DNA of 26,369 nt from the IMG/VR virus record IMGVR_UViG_3300022885_000070, positions 1 to 26,369 of that record; one strand, written 5' to 3'. Below are positions 1 to 8,296 of this stretch, in pieces. Made by a program: the position numbers and the translations under genes. Numbering within the stretch: position 1 is the first letter of the stretch; the number at the start of each line of letters is the position of its first letter. The stretch comes from a virus (Duplodnaviria > Caudoviricetes). The notes under the pieces are model-generated. The model did not search any database and was not told the DNA's origin. It worked only from the letters and a program-made list of their open reading frames with translations.

Positions 1-2757
1 ATAGGTAACAACCTTTCTGACGTACTTGATGCAGGTACAGCAATATCTAACTTAGGTGTAGATACGTTGCTAGATTTAAAAGCTCCCTTGGCAGACCCAG
101 ACTTTACAGGAGAAATATCTGCTGACCAAGTTAAAATAAACAGCACAGATTTTAAATTAATATTTGACTATATAGACCCACCATATATTTCTGGTGTTAC
201 ACTTACAACAGCAACAACTGGAGGAACAATTACGGCTGGTACATATTATACAACAGTAACTTTTGCAGATGCTAACGGATATGAAACAGAACAATCTGTT
301 ACCTCAAACTCAGTCACAACATCTGGCTCAACTTCAACTATTACAGTTAATGATTTGCCAGTTAGTCCTAATTCAAATGTGACTAAAAGAAGAATCTACT
401 TTGCTAACACAAATATTAATCTTCAAATAAAACAGGATGTGAATGATAATACATCGACATCTGCTGTAATCACCTCTACCACATCTGGGGGGATTAATAT
501 ATGGAGAGGTAAGACATTTAGTAATGTTTTAGGTTTCGGTAATACTATGGGTGGCCACATCTTTGACGAGAACGGTGATTCTATTCTATCAGTAGGCAAA
601 GAGGGACAAGTTAGATTCGAGAGCTTACATGGGCACCTTGTAGTGCCAAATAGAAATTCAACATCAGACGGGTCAGGAGGATTGATTGTATTTAATACAG
701 ATGATGAGGAAAGTAATGTTGAATATGGAGCATTTGAATATGTGAATGATGTTCTTGAAATTGGACATAAAGGCAGAGGTTCATTTGCCTCAAGAGAAGT
801 AAGATTAGTCTCATTTCAACCAGGAGTTGAGTTTCGTGCATCTTTACAAAGAGGGAATAGTCTTGCGGGTTGGTTCAATATAACCGATGGGGGAACTTCA
901 ACTCCAGATATTAATTTTGTTAAATACGATCCGGGCGTATGGACCGCCTCATATGGAACTAATAGAATACTTAACTTAACCAACTCCATAAATATGTCTG
1001 GCTCTTCGGGGTATTCTATTTTTGAAATCAACGTCATAGAAAACACTACTGGTTCTGGGGAAAAAACCCTTGCAAATTTTAAAGTAGGGGGTTCAAGTAA
1101 GTTTACAGTAGATAGCAGTGGTAATGGATATTTTGCTGGTAACGTCGGAATAGGGACGACATCACCAACTGCAACACTAGAGGTTTACAGCACTAATGAT
1201 AGTGTGGCTAATTTTCGTGGAAATGATCATTCCCTTGTATTTATTGAAGGTTCAGGGAGTTCTGAAAAAAGTCTTAACTTTACTACAAATGGAGTAAATG
1301 GTTTACAATGGAAAGTTGGATTAGATAATGCTCCTGCGCAAGATGCTGGTAAGTTTTCAATTAAGAAAACTAATAATGCATCTGCTGAATTTACTATTGA
1401 TACAACAGGTAACGTCGGGATTGGGACGACGACTCCCGGTGCCAAATTGCAAATAGATACAGGAGCAACAGGAACTATTGGTCAGATCATCAAAGGTTTT
1501 TCAGGGCAGACAGCTAATCTTCAAGAATGGCAAAACAGTTCAGGAACCGTTTTAAGTGTCGTTAATTCTGTCGGTAACGTCGGGATTGGAACGACATCAC
1601 CAAGTTCAAAACTAACGGTTCAGGGTGATACTGTATTGAATTCAAGCAAAACATTGAGCCTCAGAGATTCGGATGGATTCGAACGGTTTTACGTAGCAGA
1701 TGATGGTACAGTTCTATTTCAATCGGGAAATAAAAATGCCGCTTACTATATGTATTGGTCACCAACCATTGCTGGTGGTGCTGGTGGTCTTAGCATGTCT
1801 AATTGTGGAATTTATCTTTGGGGTAGTGGTAGTAAGCTCACATCAATAAATAGTCCACTATATTTGAACGGCTCACACACAAGCGGCAAAGCCGTCTATA
1901 TGTATGCGTCTAGTCCATCAGTTCCAGACATGGCTGTTAAGGATGGAAGTGTAGGAATCGGCACCGGGACTACTGCCCCTAGTGCAAAGTTAGAGGTTGT
2001 TGGTGATGCTTTAATTAGCGGAACAGTTAACGGCAGAAATATCTCAACAGATGGGGCAAAATTAGATACGAGGTGGGGAGATGAAAAATTAACGCAACTA
2101 CACGACGTTACCTCGACTTATTTCTCGGCGTTGAATTTAAACGGTGGATCTAGTTCTACCACATTCGGTAATCAATTATGTGGTTCTACCGCATCTACTA
2201 CTACGATTGATTCTGTTTCTGTCATTAACCATATAGGCCAATCTTTGAATTATATGAATACAGCGATGCAAGGTTTGGCATGGAGAAACCCCTTTACTGT
2301 AATACATACTGTTGCATGGTTGGTCGTTACCTCATCGACTCTTGTGTGGATGCGACTCGGATCTACAAGTGTTTACCATGTTAACCCACCACCAGCTACC
2401 CCCGATTACGTTTCGGCTGGATGGGTAATAACTGAGTCTTCAACCTCACTAGTAAAGTTCAAGGCGTATAGTTATTCAGCAGGGGTCATTTCGTATGGGG
2501 ATGAAATAACCACATTTTCTTTTATCGTGGATGGCCCGTTGAGTTTTATTACCACTTCCGATGGAACCACAGTAAAGGTTGTTGTTGTAAACGGGTCTCA
2601 AGTCAAGAGTGGTGTATCTCAAGTCTCGGCTCCATCAGAAAGTTACTCCCATTCCGTAGCATCAATTGGGACCATAAATGATGGCATTACTGGAAGTGCC
2701 GGAAATTTGCGCTTGACTGGTTCGGTAAAATATGGGCCAATATATATTGATGTCTAA
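1..2757 (+). CDS. Tail fibre / receptor-binding virion protein, 5'-truncated at the window edge
   Basis: Frame 1 is open from base 1 (IGNNLSDVLDAGTAISNLGVDTLLDLKAPLADPDFTG), so the TTG at 67 is probably not the true start. Contains fibre-type motifs NNLSDV..A..NLG and KAPLADPDFTG, three GNVGIGTT(S/T)P units plus GSVGIGTGTTAP, and VNGRNISTDGAKLD; Gly/Ser/Thr/Asn-rich beta-strand composition. Confidence 0.75.
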   Translation: MGNNLSDVLDAGTAISNLGVDTLLDLKAPLADPDFTGEISADQVKINSTDFKLIFDYIDPPYISGVTLTTATTGGTITAGTYYTTVTFADANGYETEQSVTSNSVTTSGSTSTITVNDLPVSPNSNVTKRRIYFANTNINLQIKQDVNDNTSTSAVITSTTSGGINIWRGKTFSNVLGFGNTMGGHIFDENGDSILSVGKEGQVRFESLHGHLVVPNRNSTSDGSGGLIVFNTDDEESNVEYGAFEYVNDVLEIGHKGRGSFASREVRLVSFQPGVEFRASLQRGNSLAGWFNITDGGTSTPDINFVKYDPGVWTASYGTNRILNLTNSINMSGSSGYSIFEINVIENTTGSGEKTLANFKVGGSSKFTVDSSGNGYFAGNVGIGTTSPTATLEVYSTNDSVANFRGNDHSLVFIEGSGSSEKSLNFTTNGVNGLQWKVGLDNAPAQDAGKFSIKKTNNASAEFTIDTTGNVGIGTTTPGAKLQIDTGATGTIGQIIKGFSGQTANLQEWQNSSGTVLSVVNSVGNVGIGTTSPSSKLTVQGDTVLNSSKTLSLRDSDGFERFYVADDGTVLFQSGNKNAAYYMYWSPTIAGGAGGLSMSNCGIYLWGSGSKLTSINSPLYLNGSHTSGKAVYMYASSPSVPDMAVKDGSVGIGTGTTAPSAKLEVVGDALISGTVNGRNISTDGAKLDTRWGDEKLTQLHDVTSTYFSALNLNGGSSSTTFGNQLCGSTASTTTIDSVSVINHIGQSLNYMNTAMQGLAWRNPFTVIHTVAWLVVTSSTLVWMRLGSTSVYHVNPPPATPDYVSAGWVITESSTSLVKFKAYSYSAGVISYGDEITTFSFIVDGPLSFITTSDGTTVKVVVVNGSQVKSGVSQVSAPSESYSHSVASIGTINDGITGSAGNLRLTGSVKYGPIYIDV
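1138..1980 (+). repeat. Dispersed GNVGIGTT(S/T)P repeats inside the fibre gene
   Basis: ggtaacgtcgg(a/g)at(a/t)gg(g/a)acgac at 1138, 1408 and 1573; a degenerate fourth copy (GSVGIG) at about 1945. Confidence 0.85.
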
Positions 2758-2870
2758 TATCTATTGATTTCTGGAACACCCTTAAATCGGACGCGACTCT
2801 TTCTGGTTCCATGGGAGAAGAAATTAAAAACATAAAAAATGACACAAGTTTGATACCAGCCATTTTATAA
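2751..2870 (+). pseudogene. Possible stranded C-terminal remnant of a virion protein gene
   Basis: Frame 3 reads CLISIDFWNTLKSDATLSGSMGEEIKNIKNDTSLIPAIL* directly behind the fibre stop codon, with an in-frame TGA at 2748 and no upstream start; it stops 1 nt before the next ATG (2872). Confidence 0.4.
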
Positions 2871-2871
2871 C

Positions 2872-3069
2872 ATGAACAGTACACCACAAACCGAGAACGC
2901 AGGTTCCGAAAGACCAGAACAAGAAAACAACCAGTTTACACCAGCACAGGCATTGAGCAATCTTTACCTCGCATCAAAAATGGCACCTCTTACGGCGAAT
3001 GATCATGATGTTTTGAAGAACTCCGCGATTGTATTGCAGAACATCATCACGAAAGAAAAAAATGATTAA
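2872..3069 (+). CDS. Small hypothetical protein, paralogue A (possible fibre-associated chaperone)
   Basis: 65 aa; core TPAQALSNLYLASKMAPLTANDHDVLKNSAIVLQ is shared with 3169-3378, and in-frame conservation supports coding. Confidence 0.75.
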   Translation: MNSTPQTENAGSERPEQENNQFTPAQALSNLYLASKMAPLTANDHDVLKNSAIVLQNIITKEKND

Positions 3070-3299
3070 ACTGCTCTCAGTTGCGCTAATACTTGGAAAA
3101 GAAGTGGACTATCTACTTGGTAATTTTTAAAGCTTGTAATTAACCAATCCGCGAATAAATATTGATATATGTCAGATACACCAACAACCAAAAATAAAGA
3201 TTCCAAAGCACCGGAACAAGGAGAAATCACCCCAATTCAGGCACTGAACAATTTGTACATGGCATCAAAAATGGCACCTCTTACGGCGAATGATCATGA
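2971..3299 (+). repeat. 38-bp perfect direct repeat (2971-3008 and 3262-3299)
   Basis: gcatcaaaaatggcacctcttacggcgaatgatcatga is identical in both paralogues. Confidence 0.95.
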
Positions 3300-3378
3300 A
3301 GTCTTAAAAAAATCAGCAGTACTTTTACAAGAATTTATAAATGGTCAGACTGTGGATTCTAATTTACCAGTGAGGTAA
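3169..3378 (+). CDS. Small hypothetical protein, paralogue B
   Basis: 69 aa; TPIQALNNLYMASKMAPLTANDHEVLKKSAVLLQ; preceded by AATAAATA (3154-3161); 3' end overlaps the convergent ATPase gene by 34 nt. Confidence 0.75.
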   Translation: MSDTPTTKNKDSKAPEQGEITPIQALNNLYMASKMAPLTANDHEVLKKSAVLLQEFINGQTVDSNLPVR

Positions 3379-4142
3379 TCCTTCACACAAGTCTGGAAAA
3401 TCTCGATACATTTGGTAGAATAATTTTCTTCCATATCGAAAATCTTGGCACCCAAATTAAACAAAACAAATGGACTGTGGGTTGCAATAATGATCTGATA
3501 GTTGTCAGAGAGTCCTTCCAAGAGTCTGAATAATTCCATTTGTTTAGGTAAAGACAGTGCTCTTTCTGGTTCATCGAATAGAAGAGTTACCTTACCATTT
3601 TTCGGAAGTGTCTTGATATAGTTTCCCTCTGGTGTGCTACCATGTAGAACAGGTGGTGATTCGATGACATTTAAGATTTTGTTGATTTTCTGTAGACGAT
3701 ACTGTCCAGATGATGGTTTTAGGGCCATGGTGTCCATATGATCGTCTCCGGTGCTGATACCGTCCTCTGACATCTTTTCATTGGAAAAGAACCATGAGAG
3801 TCCATCTACCTTCACATCACCCTCATTAAAGAAAGATGGTGTTCCGTCCCACCCAACATTGGCCAAACAATTCCCCGGAGAAAAAATATTATAGGCATGT
3901 GGGAATTGGTCTGCCCGAGATGCCGAAAAGGATAGTTCCTCACTTATCTGTGACCAACCACCCTGACGAATCCCACAATATGCCTTCATAATCTTCAAGA
4001 GGCTAGACTTTCCACAACCATTTGGGCCGAACAATACATTCATTTTATCGGTAAAGGTGAATGTATAATTTTTTACACACTCTAGGTCGGTTGCATAACC
4101 TTTAAGAACTTGGATATTATCGATCATTTTCGTCCCTTTCAC
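3345..4142 (-). CDS. Stand-alone ABC-family ATPase (AAA_15/AAA_21-like)
   Basis: Walker A GPNGCGKS, signature-like SSGQ, Walker B/D-loop LLFDEPERAL, H-loop IIATHS. Start could be 4127 (MIDNIQV). Confidence 0.85.
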   Translation of the reverse strand: MKGTKMIDNIQVLKGYATDLECVKNYTFTFTDKMNVLFGPNGCGKSSLLKIMKAYCGIRQGGWSQISEELSFSASRADQFPHAYNIFSPGNCLANVGWDGTPSFFNEGDVKVDGLSWFFSNEKMSEDGISTGDDHMDTMALKPSSGQYRLQKINKILNVIESPPVLHGSTPEGNYIKTLPKNGKVTLLFDEPERALSLPKQMELFRLLEGLSDNYQIIIATHSPFVLFNLGAKIFDMEENYSTKCIEIFQTCVKDYLTGKLESTV

Positions 4143-4437
4143 TGTAAAAGATGTCGATACCGTGCATATCTCGAAGTAACTGTCTATGGTAATTATCCAC
4201 GGTTGCTTCCATATACTCTTTGATTTTGATGGGAGATAGATCTACATCATCCAAAACAATCCCTCGTTCTTCGGCTTTGTCATAAACAATGTTGATAGCA
4301 TCATAAAGACATATCCATCGTGCTAGTAATTCAGCATTGGCATTCGCCTTTTCCCAATATTTTAGAACATCTTCTTTTTTGTGTTTGGCTCTATAATAGA
4401 TTTGTTTTTGTTTTGGTTTTGGTTTTGTATTAATCAT
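4117..4437 (-). CDS. Hypothetical protein
   Basis: 106-aa ORF overlapping the ATPase start and directly downstream of a near-consensus sigma70 promoter. Confidence 0.75.
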   Translation of the reverse strand: MINTKPKPKQKQIYYRAKHKKEDVLKYWEKANANAELLARWICLYDAINIVYDKAEERGIVLDDVDLSPIKIKEYMEATVDNYHRQLLRDMHGIDIFYSERDENDR

Positions 4438-4444
4438 TTTTTAT

Positions 4445-4473
4445 ATCATAAAAAATTTATACCACAATGTCAA
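4445..4473 (-). promoter_or_regulatory. Sigma70-type promoter TTGACA-N17-TATGAT
   Basis: On the minus strand, -35 TTGACA (4473-4468), 17-nt spacer, -10 TATGAT (4450-4445), then 7 nt to the ATG at 4437. Confidence 0.75.
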
Positions 4474-4478
4474 TACAA

Positions 4479-4934
4479 TTAATCATTTTTATAGGTATCG
4501 TTATCGATAATATCATTCATTTCAACGGGAATTCCTTGAACCGTGGGGTTTTCAAGTGGTTGAGAAATTTGGGCAACAACGAACTGCATCGATACCAGAT
4601 TTTTATTTTTACAATGATCACATACAAATTCGATTCGCTCGGATTGATCTGGATTGAAGATCATGACATTTTGTTTTTTACAATACGCACAATCCAACAA
4701 GGTTGATAAATTTTCTAGCTTATCGAGTTCTAGTTTTTTACGACCTTCTGATAGATAATGTTTAAAAATCGACCCGAAAAATGAGAATAAAATGAACTGT
4801 AGGACGAAGAACAGTATAAACGCCGCGAAAAAATTGACACCAAACAAGAAGAGAGCAAATGCACCAATAAACGATGTTGCACTGGTGATGGCAGTAGATT
4901 GTAGGGTATTTTTTATGGTTGGGTTAAACTTCAT
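4479..4934 (-). CDS. Predicted membrane protein with C-terminal Zn-ribbon
   Basis: Phe-rich hydrophobic stretch (about aa 20-57, one or two helices) followed by CAYC...CDHC. Confidence 0.75.
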   Translation of the reverse strand: MKFNPTIKNTLQSTAITSATSFIGAFALFLFGVNFFAAFILFFVLQFILFSFFGSIFKHYLSEGRKKLELDKLENLSTLLDCAYCKKQNVMIFNPDQSERIEFVCDHCKNKNLVSMQFVVAQISQPLENPTVQGIPVEMNDIIDNDTYKND

Positions 4935-4940
4935 TCCACC

Positions 4941-4968
4941 ATCTTATACATCTTTTGAATAAAGTCAA
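4941..4968 (-). promoter_or_regulatory. Candidate sigma70-type promoter TTGACT-N16-TAAGAT
   Basis: -35 at 4968-4963, -10 at 4946-4941, 6 nt to the ATG at 4934. Confidence 0.5.
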
Positions 4969-5426
4969 TTCTTTTTAATACTTTTCTTCCCAGATGTGGG
5001 GACAAAGGCATCGGGAGTAGGTTGCTGGGCAATATTTCCGGCATTTTCGATACTCATACCAACTTTTTTTACAACCATTGCAGCATCTTTTGTTGCTCTA
5101 TACAACTCTAAAAGTGCCTTTTTCTGTTCATCGGAGATAGACTTACTATTTTTAGCGCAGTTTGACATCTTTTTCATGGCAACTTCTAGGTAAATAAAAG
5201 CATCTACTAGATCATCAACAATATGATTTAATTCCCAAGGCATCGAAGACGGACTTTCTGGAGTCGGTGCCGCTGCCAGAATACTATCGTTGTTTTGTTG
5301 TCGATTAAAGTTATTAGCATTTTTCTTCTGAGGAATAAAATCTTTTCTGGGTGGTGATGATGCCGCTGGATAAGAATTGGGTCCATAAGATCCCATGGCT
5401 TCTTTTAAAATTTTATCTAATCTCAT
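4965..5426 (-). CDS. Hypothetical protein (Pro-rich N-terminal part, helical C-terminal part)
   Basis: 153-aa ORF, tightly packed with co-oriented neighbours; N-terminus MRLDKILKEA. Confidence 0.75.
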   Translation of the reverse strand: MRLDKILKEAMGSYGPNSYPAASSPPRKDFIPQKKNANNFNRQQNNDSILAAAPTPESPSSMPWELNHIVDDLVDAFIYLEVAMKKMSNCAKNSKSISDEQKKALLELYRATKDAAMVVKKVGMSIENAGNIAQQPTPDAFVPTSGKKSIKKN

Positions 5427-5435
5427 TACAAAGAT

Positions 5436-5627
5436 TTATGATGCCAATCGACCAACTCTAGAAACGTTTCCACATCTGGTGCAAACCCAATGACACTCTT
5501 TAATGACTTCTTTGGTAGTGTGATCTTTTCTCTCTTGAACTCTTCCGTTTATAGAAGCACCACAAAAAGAGCACGGCATTGGTCGGTTTTCTAAAATTGG
5601 GTAACCGTAGGATGTTTTATTTGACAT
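5436..5627 (-). CDS. Small Zn-ribbon protein
   Basis: 63 aa with CSFC...CTRC; preceded by GATAAGTA 5 nt before the ATG. Confidence 0.7.
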   Translation of the reverse strand: MSNKTSYGYPILENRPMPCSFCGASINGRVQERKDHTTKEVIKECHWVCTRCGNVSRVGRLAS

Positions 5628-5669
5628 AAAAATACTTATCTACTTTCGATACGCTTTCAACATTTTCAA

Positions 5670-5984
5670 TTAAATAGCTGGTGTGTTTGGGGAATTTACT
5701 GGTGGTGTGCTAGTTTGTTGGGGTTTTTGGGTTTGCGATACTTGTGGAGGTTCGGGGTTATCACCACCCAAGAGTTGTCCAAATGCTTCCAATTCATCAG
5801 GTGTTAGATTTAAAGGTTGGTTATTCTGTTTTGCCAAGGTCCATTTTTGCATTAGAGTATTTATATGGGTTTGATCCAGTTTTGGTTTTGGTTGGACACC
5901 TTGGGGTTGTGTTGTGGTTTGCGATGGATTTTGTGGTGTTGCCATATTAACCAATGCTTCTTTATATACGTTGTCGAATTTCAT
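5670..5984 (-). CDS. Hypothetical Pro/Gln/Thr-rich protein
   Basis: 104 aa; N-terminus MKFDNVYKEA; preceded by GATAATTA 7 nt before the ATG; divergent from the sheath gene. Confidence 0.7.
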   Translation of the reverse strand: MKFDNVYKEALVNMATPQNPSQTTTQPQGVQPKPKLDQTHINTLMQKWTLAKQNNQPLNLTPDELEAFGQLLGGDNPEPPQVSQTQKPQQTSTPPVNSPNTPAI

Positions 5985-6029
5985 GTGTAACTAATTATCA
6001 TCGATTGATCCTTTTTGTAGAGTTAAAAG

Positions 6030-6037
6030 TATAAATA
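6030..6037 (+). promoter_or_regulatory. T4-type late promoter TATAAATA
   Basis: Exact match to the T4 gp55-dependent late consensus, 13 nt upstream of the sheath ATG. Confidence 0.7.
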
Positions 6038-6050
6038 GTTAATATAAATT

Positions 6051-8234
6051 ATGGCATCTAGAACAATTGCATCACCCGGTATTCAAATTAATGAAGTTGA
6101 TTTAAGCATTATCGCTCGTCCTACAGCCGAGACTAATGTTTTTATGACGGGTTTTACACCCCAAGGACCAACTGATGAAATCATAAATGTTGGTAGCACT
6201 AGTGAATTTGAGGACATTTTCGGTCAACCAGAAAACTCGGCAGAAAGATATTTTTACCATTCCGCCAAACAAAGTTTAGAAGGATCTGCAAATCTTTTGG
6301 TAACTCGTATGCCTTACGGTTCGGGTGCTGGTGCTGGTTTTGCAAATAGTTATAGTGCATTGGTTTACCCTTTATCTTCTAACACTGCTAAGTATGCAAC
6401 TTCCACTGAATTTGTTGTTCTCGAACCATATTCGGTTCTTTTGACCAACGCAGAATATCAAGATGTGGTTGATGGGAGCATCAATTGGAATGAGGGATAT
6501 TCTACTGGTAATATTACCGATGCTTCTGGTTTGAGTAAAGCTGGTATCGTTGTTTTGGATTATGCAAAAACAACCATAAACAATATCTTTGAAGGTTACT
6601 ATGTTGGATTTGCGGATAATAGCAACAACAACCCTGCCACAAATTTCGACGCTCTTAGTGGTGTCAAATCTGTAAATTCAATCACAAACAACAAGTATCA
6701 AAGTTTTACATATGTACCACCTGCTAGAATGTCATTCACCTTGACAAGCACATATTCTGCATATGGTAGTGGTTCTATATCTGAGGCAATTGAAGCACTT
6801 CCTACCGGATTCGATTTTGGCAATCCTTCTTACACGGATAGTTTGACATTGGGTATTTTTAAACTTCGCCCATCGATCTACAACCAAGATACTGTAACTC
6901 TCGATTATATCACTTCCGAAGGATATACCGGTTCTTTGAATAAAAACAGAACTCAGAATGATCCCAACGGTGGATCACCTAAGACATTTTTCTTGGAAAG
7001 CATGGTAAACCTTCGCTCTCCTAGTTTTAAGGTTATCACGAACCCATATATTTCATCTAGTGGTGATTGGACAGCACCGGATGGTAATCCACAAAAGACG
7101 GTAACAGTTTCCGATGGTGCCAAGAATCTATATTCTGCTGGTATTTACGCTACCGATACAGATAAAAGCGCAAAAGATGTCGGAAATGTTCCGGCAAAAC
7201 TCCAGAGAATTTTAAGAATCTTAGAAAATGCCGATGATGTCAGAGTTGATGTCATTCCGGAAGCTGGTTTAGGAACTGTTTGGGTTGGTGCTAAGGCTCG
7301 CCAAGTTGCTTACTCGACACAACCACAGATCTTTGATGATACTTTTAATGTTGATTATAGTGTTCTTAAATCTACAGACGGGTCTATCGTCGGTGGTGTC
7401 AGAGATGATTATCTATCAATTGTTAATCAGTTTGTTAGCTTTGCTCAAAATGTTAGAAAAGATCATTTGTTCATTGCTGATGCTCTTCGTTACATTTATG
7501 TAAACGGAGATAACACCAAAACAACGAAGAGAGAAAATTATATATTTTCTACCGATATCTATTGGCCTTTGAAGAATCTCTTTGCTGGTGTTGAAACATC
7601 ATATGCAACGGTGTTCGGTAACTGGTTGAAATTAAACGACACTGCATCTGATAGCCAAGTATGGGTTCCTTCTTCTGGATTTGTAGCTGCTAAATGCGCA
7701 GAAGTTGATCGAACCGCTTACCCTTGGACCGCAATTGGTGGTTTTAATCGAGGATCTTTGAATGGTGTTTCCGATATTGGTGTAACAACAACCCAGAAGC
7801 AAAGAGATCTTCTTTACAAAATTAATATCAACCCAATTGCATTCTTCCCCAATGATGGATTTGTTCTTTATGGACAAAAAACATTATACAGAAAACCATC
7901 GGCATTTGATAGAATTAATGTTAGAAGATTGTTTTTATATCTCGAAAAGAACACACAAAGTGTTTTGAAATATTTCCTATTCGAACCCAATACGTTCTCA
8001 ACCAGAACTCGTCTGGTTGGTGCTCTGACTCCGGTTTTCGAAAAAGCCAGAATTAACGATGGTGTCTATGACTATCAGATAGTATGTGACGAGAGGAATA
8101 ATACTCCTGATGTTATCGATGCTAATGAACTTAGGGTATCTCTATACATCCAACCAGTTAGAACTGCTGAATATATTTTGGCTGACTTCATTGCTACTCG
8201 AACAGGGGTCAATTTTAACGAATTGATTGGTTAA
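6051..8234 (+). CDS. gp18: Contractile tail sheath protein (T4 gp18-like)
   Basis: N-terminal SPGIQINEVDLS, QGPTDE; C-terminal PWTAIGGFNRG, RDLLYKININPI, GQKTLYRKPSAFDRINVRRLF, FLFEPN, VCDERNNTPDVIDANEL, IQPVRTAEYI. Confidence 0.97.
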   Translation: MASRTIASPGIQINEVDLSIIARPTAETNVFMTGFTPQGPTDEIINVGSTSEFEDIFGQPENSAERYFYHSAKQSLEGSANLLVTRMPYGSGAGAGFANSYSALVYPLSSNTAKYATSTEFVVLEPYSVLLTNAEYQDVVDGSINWNEGYSTGNITDASGLSKAGIVVLDYAKTTINNIFEGYYVGFADNSNNNPATNFDALSGVKSVNSITNNKYQSFTYVPPARMSFTLTSTYSAYGSGSISEAIEALPTGFDFGNPSYTDSLTLGIFKLRPSIYNQDTVTLDYITSEGYTGSLNKNRTQNDPNGGSPKTFFLESMVNLRSPSFKVITNPYISSSGDWTAPDGNPQKTVTVSDGAKNLYSAGIYATDTDKSAKDVGNVPAKLQRILRILENADDVRVDVIPEAGLGTVWVGAKARQVAYSTQPQIFDDTFNVDYSVLKSTDGSIVGGVRDDYLSIVNQFVSFAQNVRKDHLFIADALRYIYVNGDNTKTTKRENYIFSTDIYWPLKNLFAGVETSYATVFGNWLKLNDTASDSQVWVPSSGFVAAKCAEVDRTAYPWTAIGGFNRGSLNGVSDIGVTTTQKQRDLLYKININPIAFFPNDGFVLYGQKTLYRKPSAFDRINVRRLFLYLEKNTQSVLKYFLFEPNTFSTRTRLVGALTPVFEKARINDGVYDYQIVCDERNNTPDVIDANELRVSLYIQPVRTAEYILADFIATRTGVNFNELIG

Positions 8235-8240
8235 TTAAAT

Positions 8241-8274
8241 AAAAATAAAGACTTGAAAAGGTCTTTATTTTTTT
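8241..8274 (+). terminator. Intrinsic terminator hairpin after the sheath gene
   Basis: Perfect 12-bp inverted repeat AAAAATAAAGAC (8241-8252) / GTCTTTATTTTT (8261-8272), 8-nt loop, running into a T tract. Confidence 0.6.
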
Positions 8275-8281
8275 GTATAAT
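8253..8281 (+). promoter_or_regulatory. Sigma70-type promoter TTGAAA-N17-TATAAT
   Basis: -35 at 8253-8258, -10 at 8276-8281; overlaps the hairpin; 15 nt upstream of ATG 8297. Confidence 0.65.
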
Positions 8282-8296
8282 AGTGTAATTAATACT

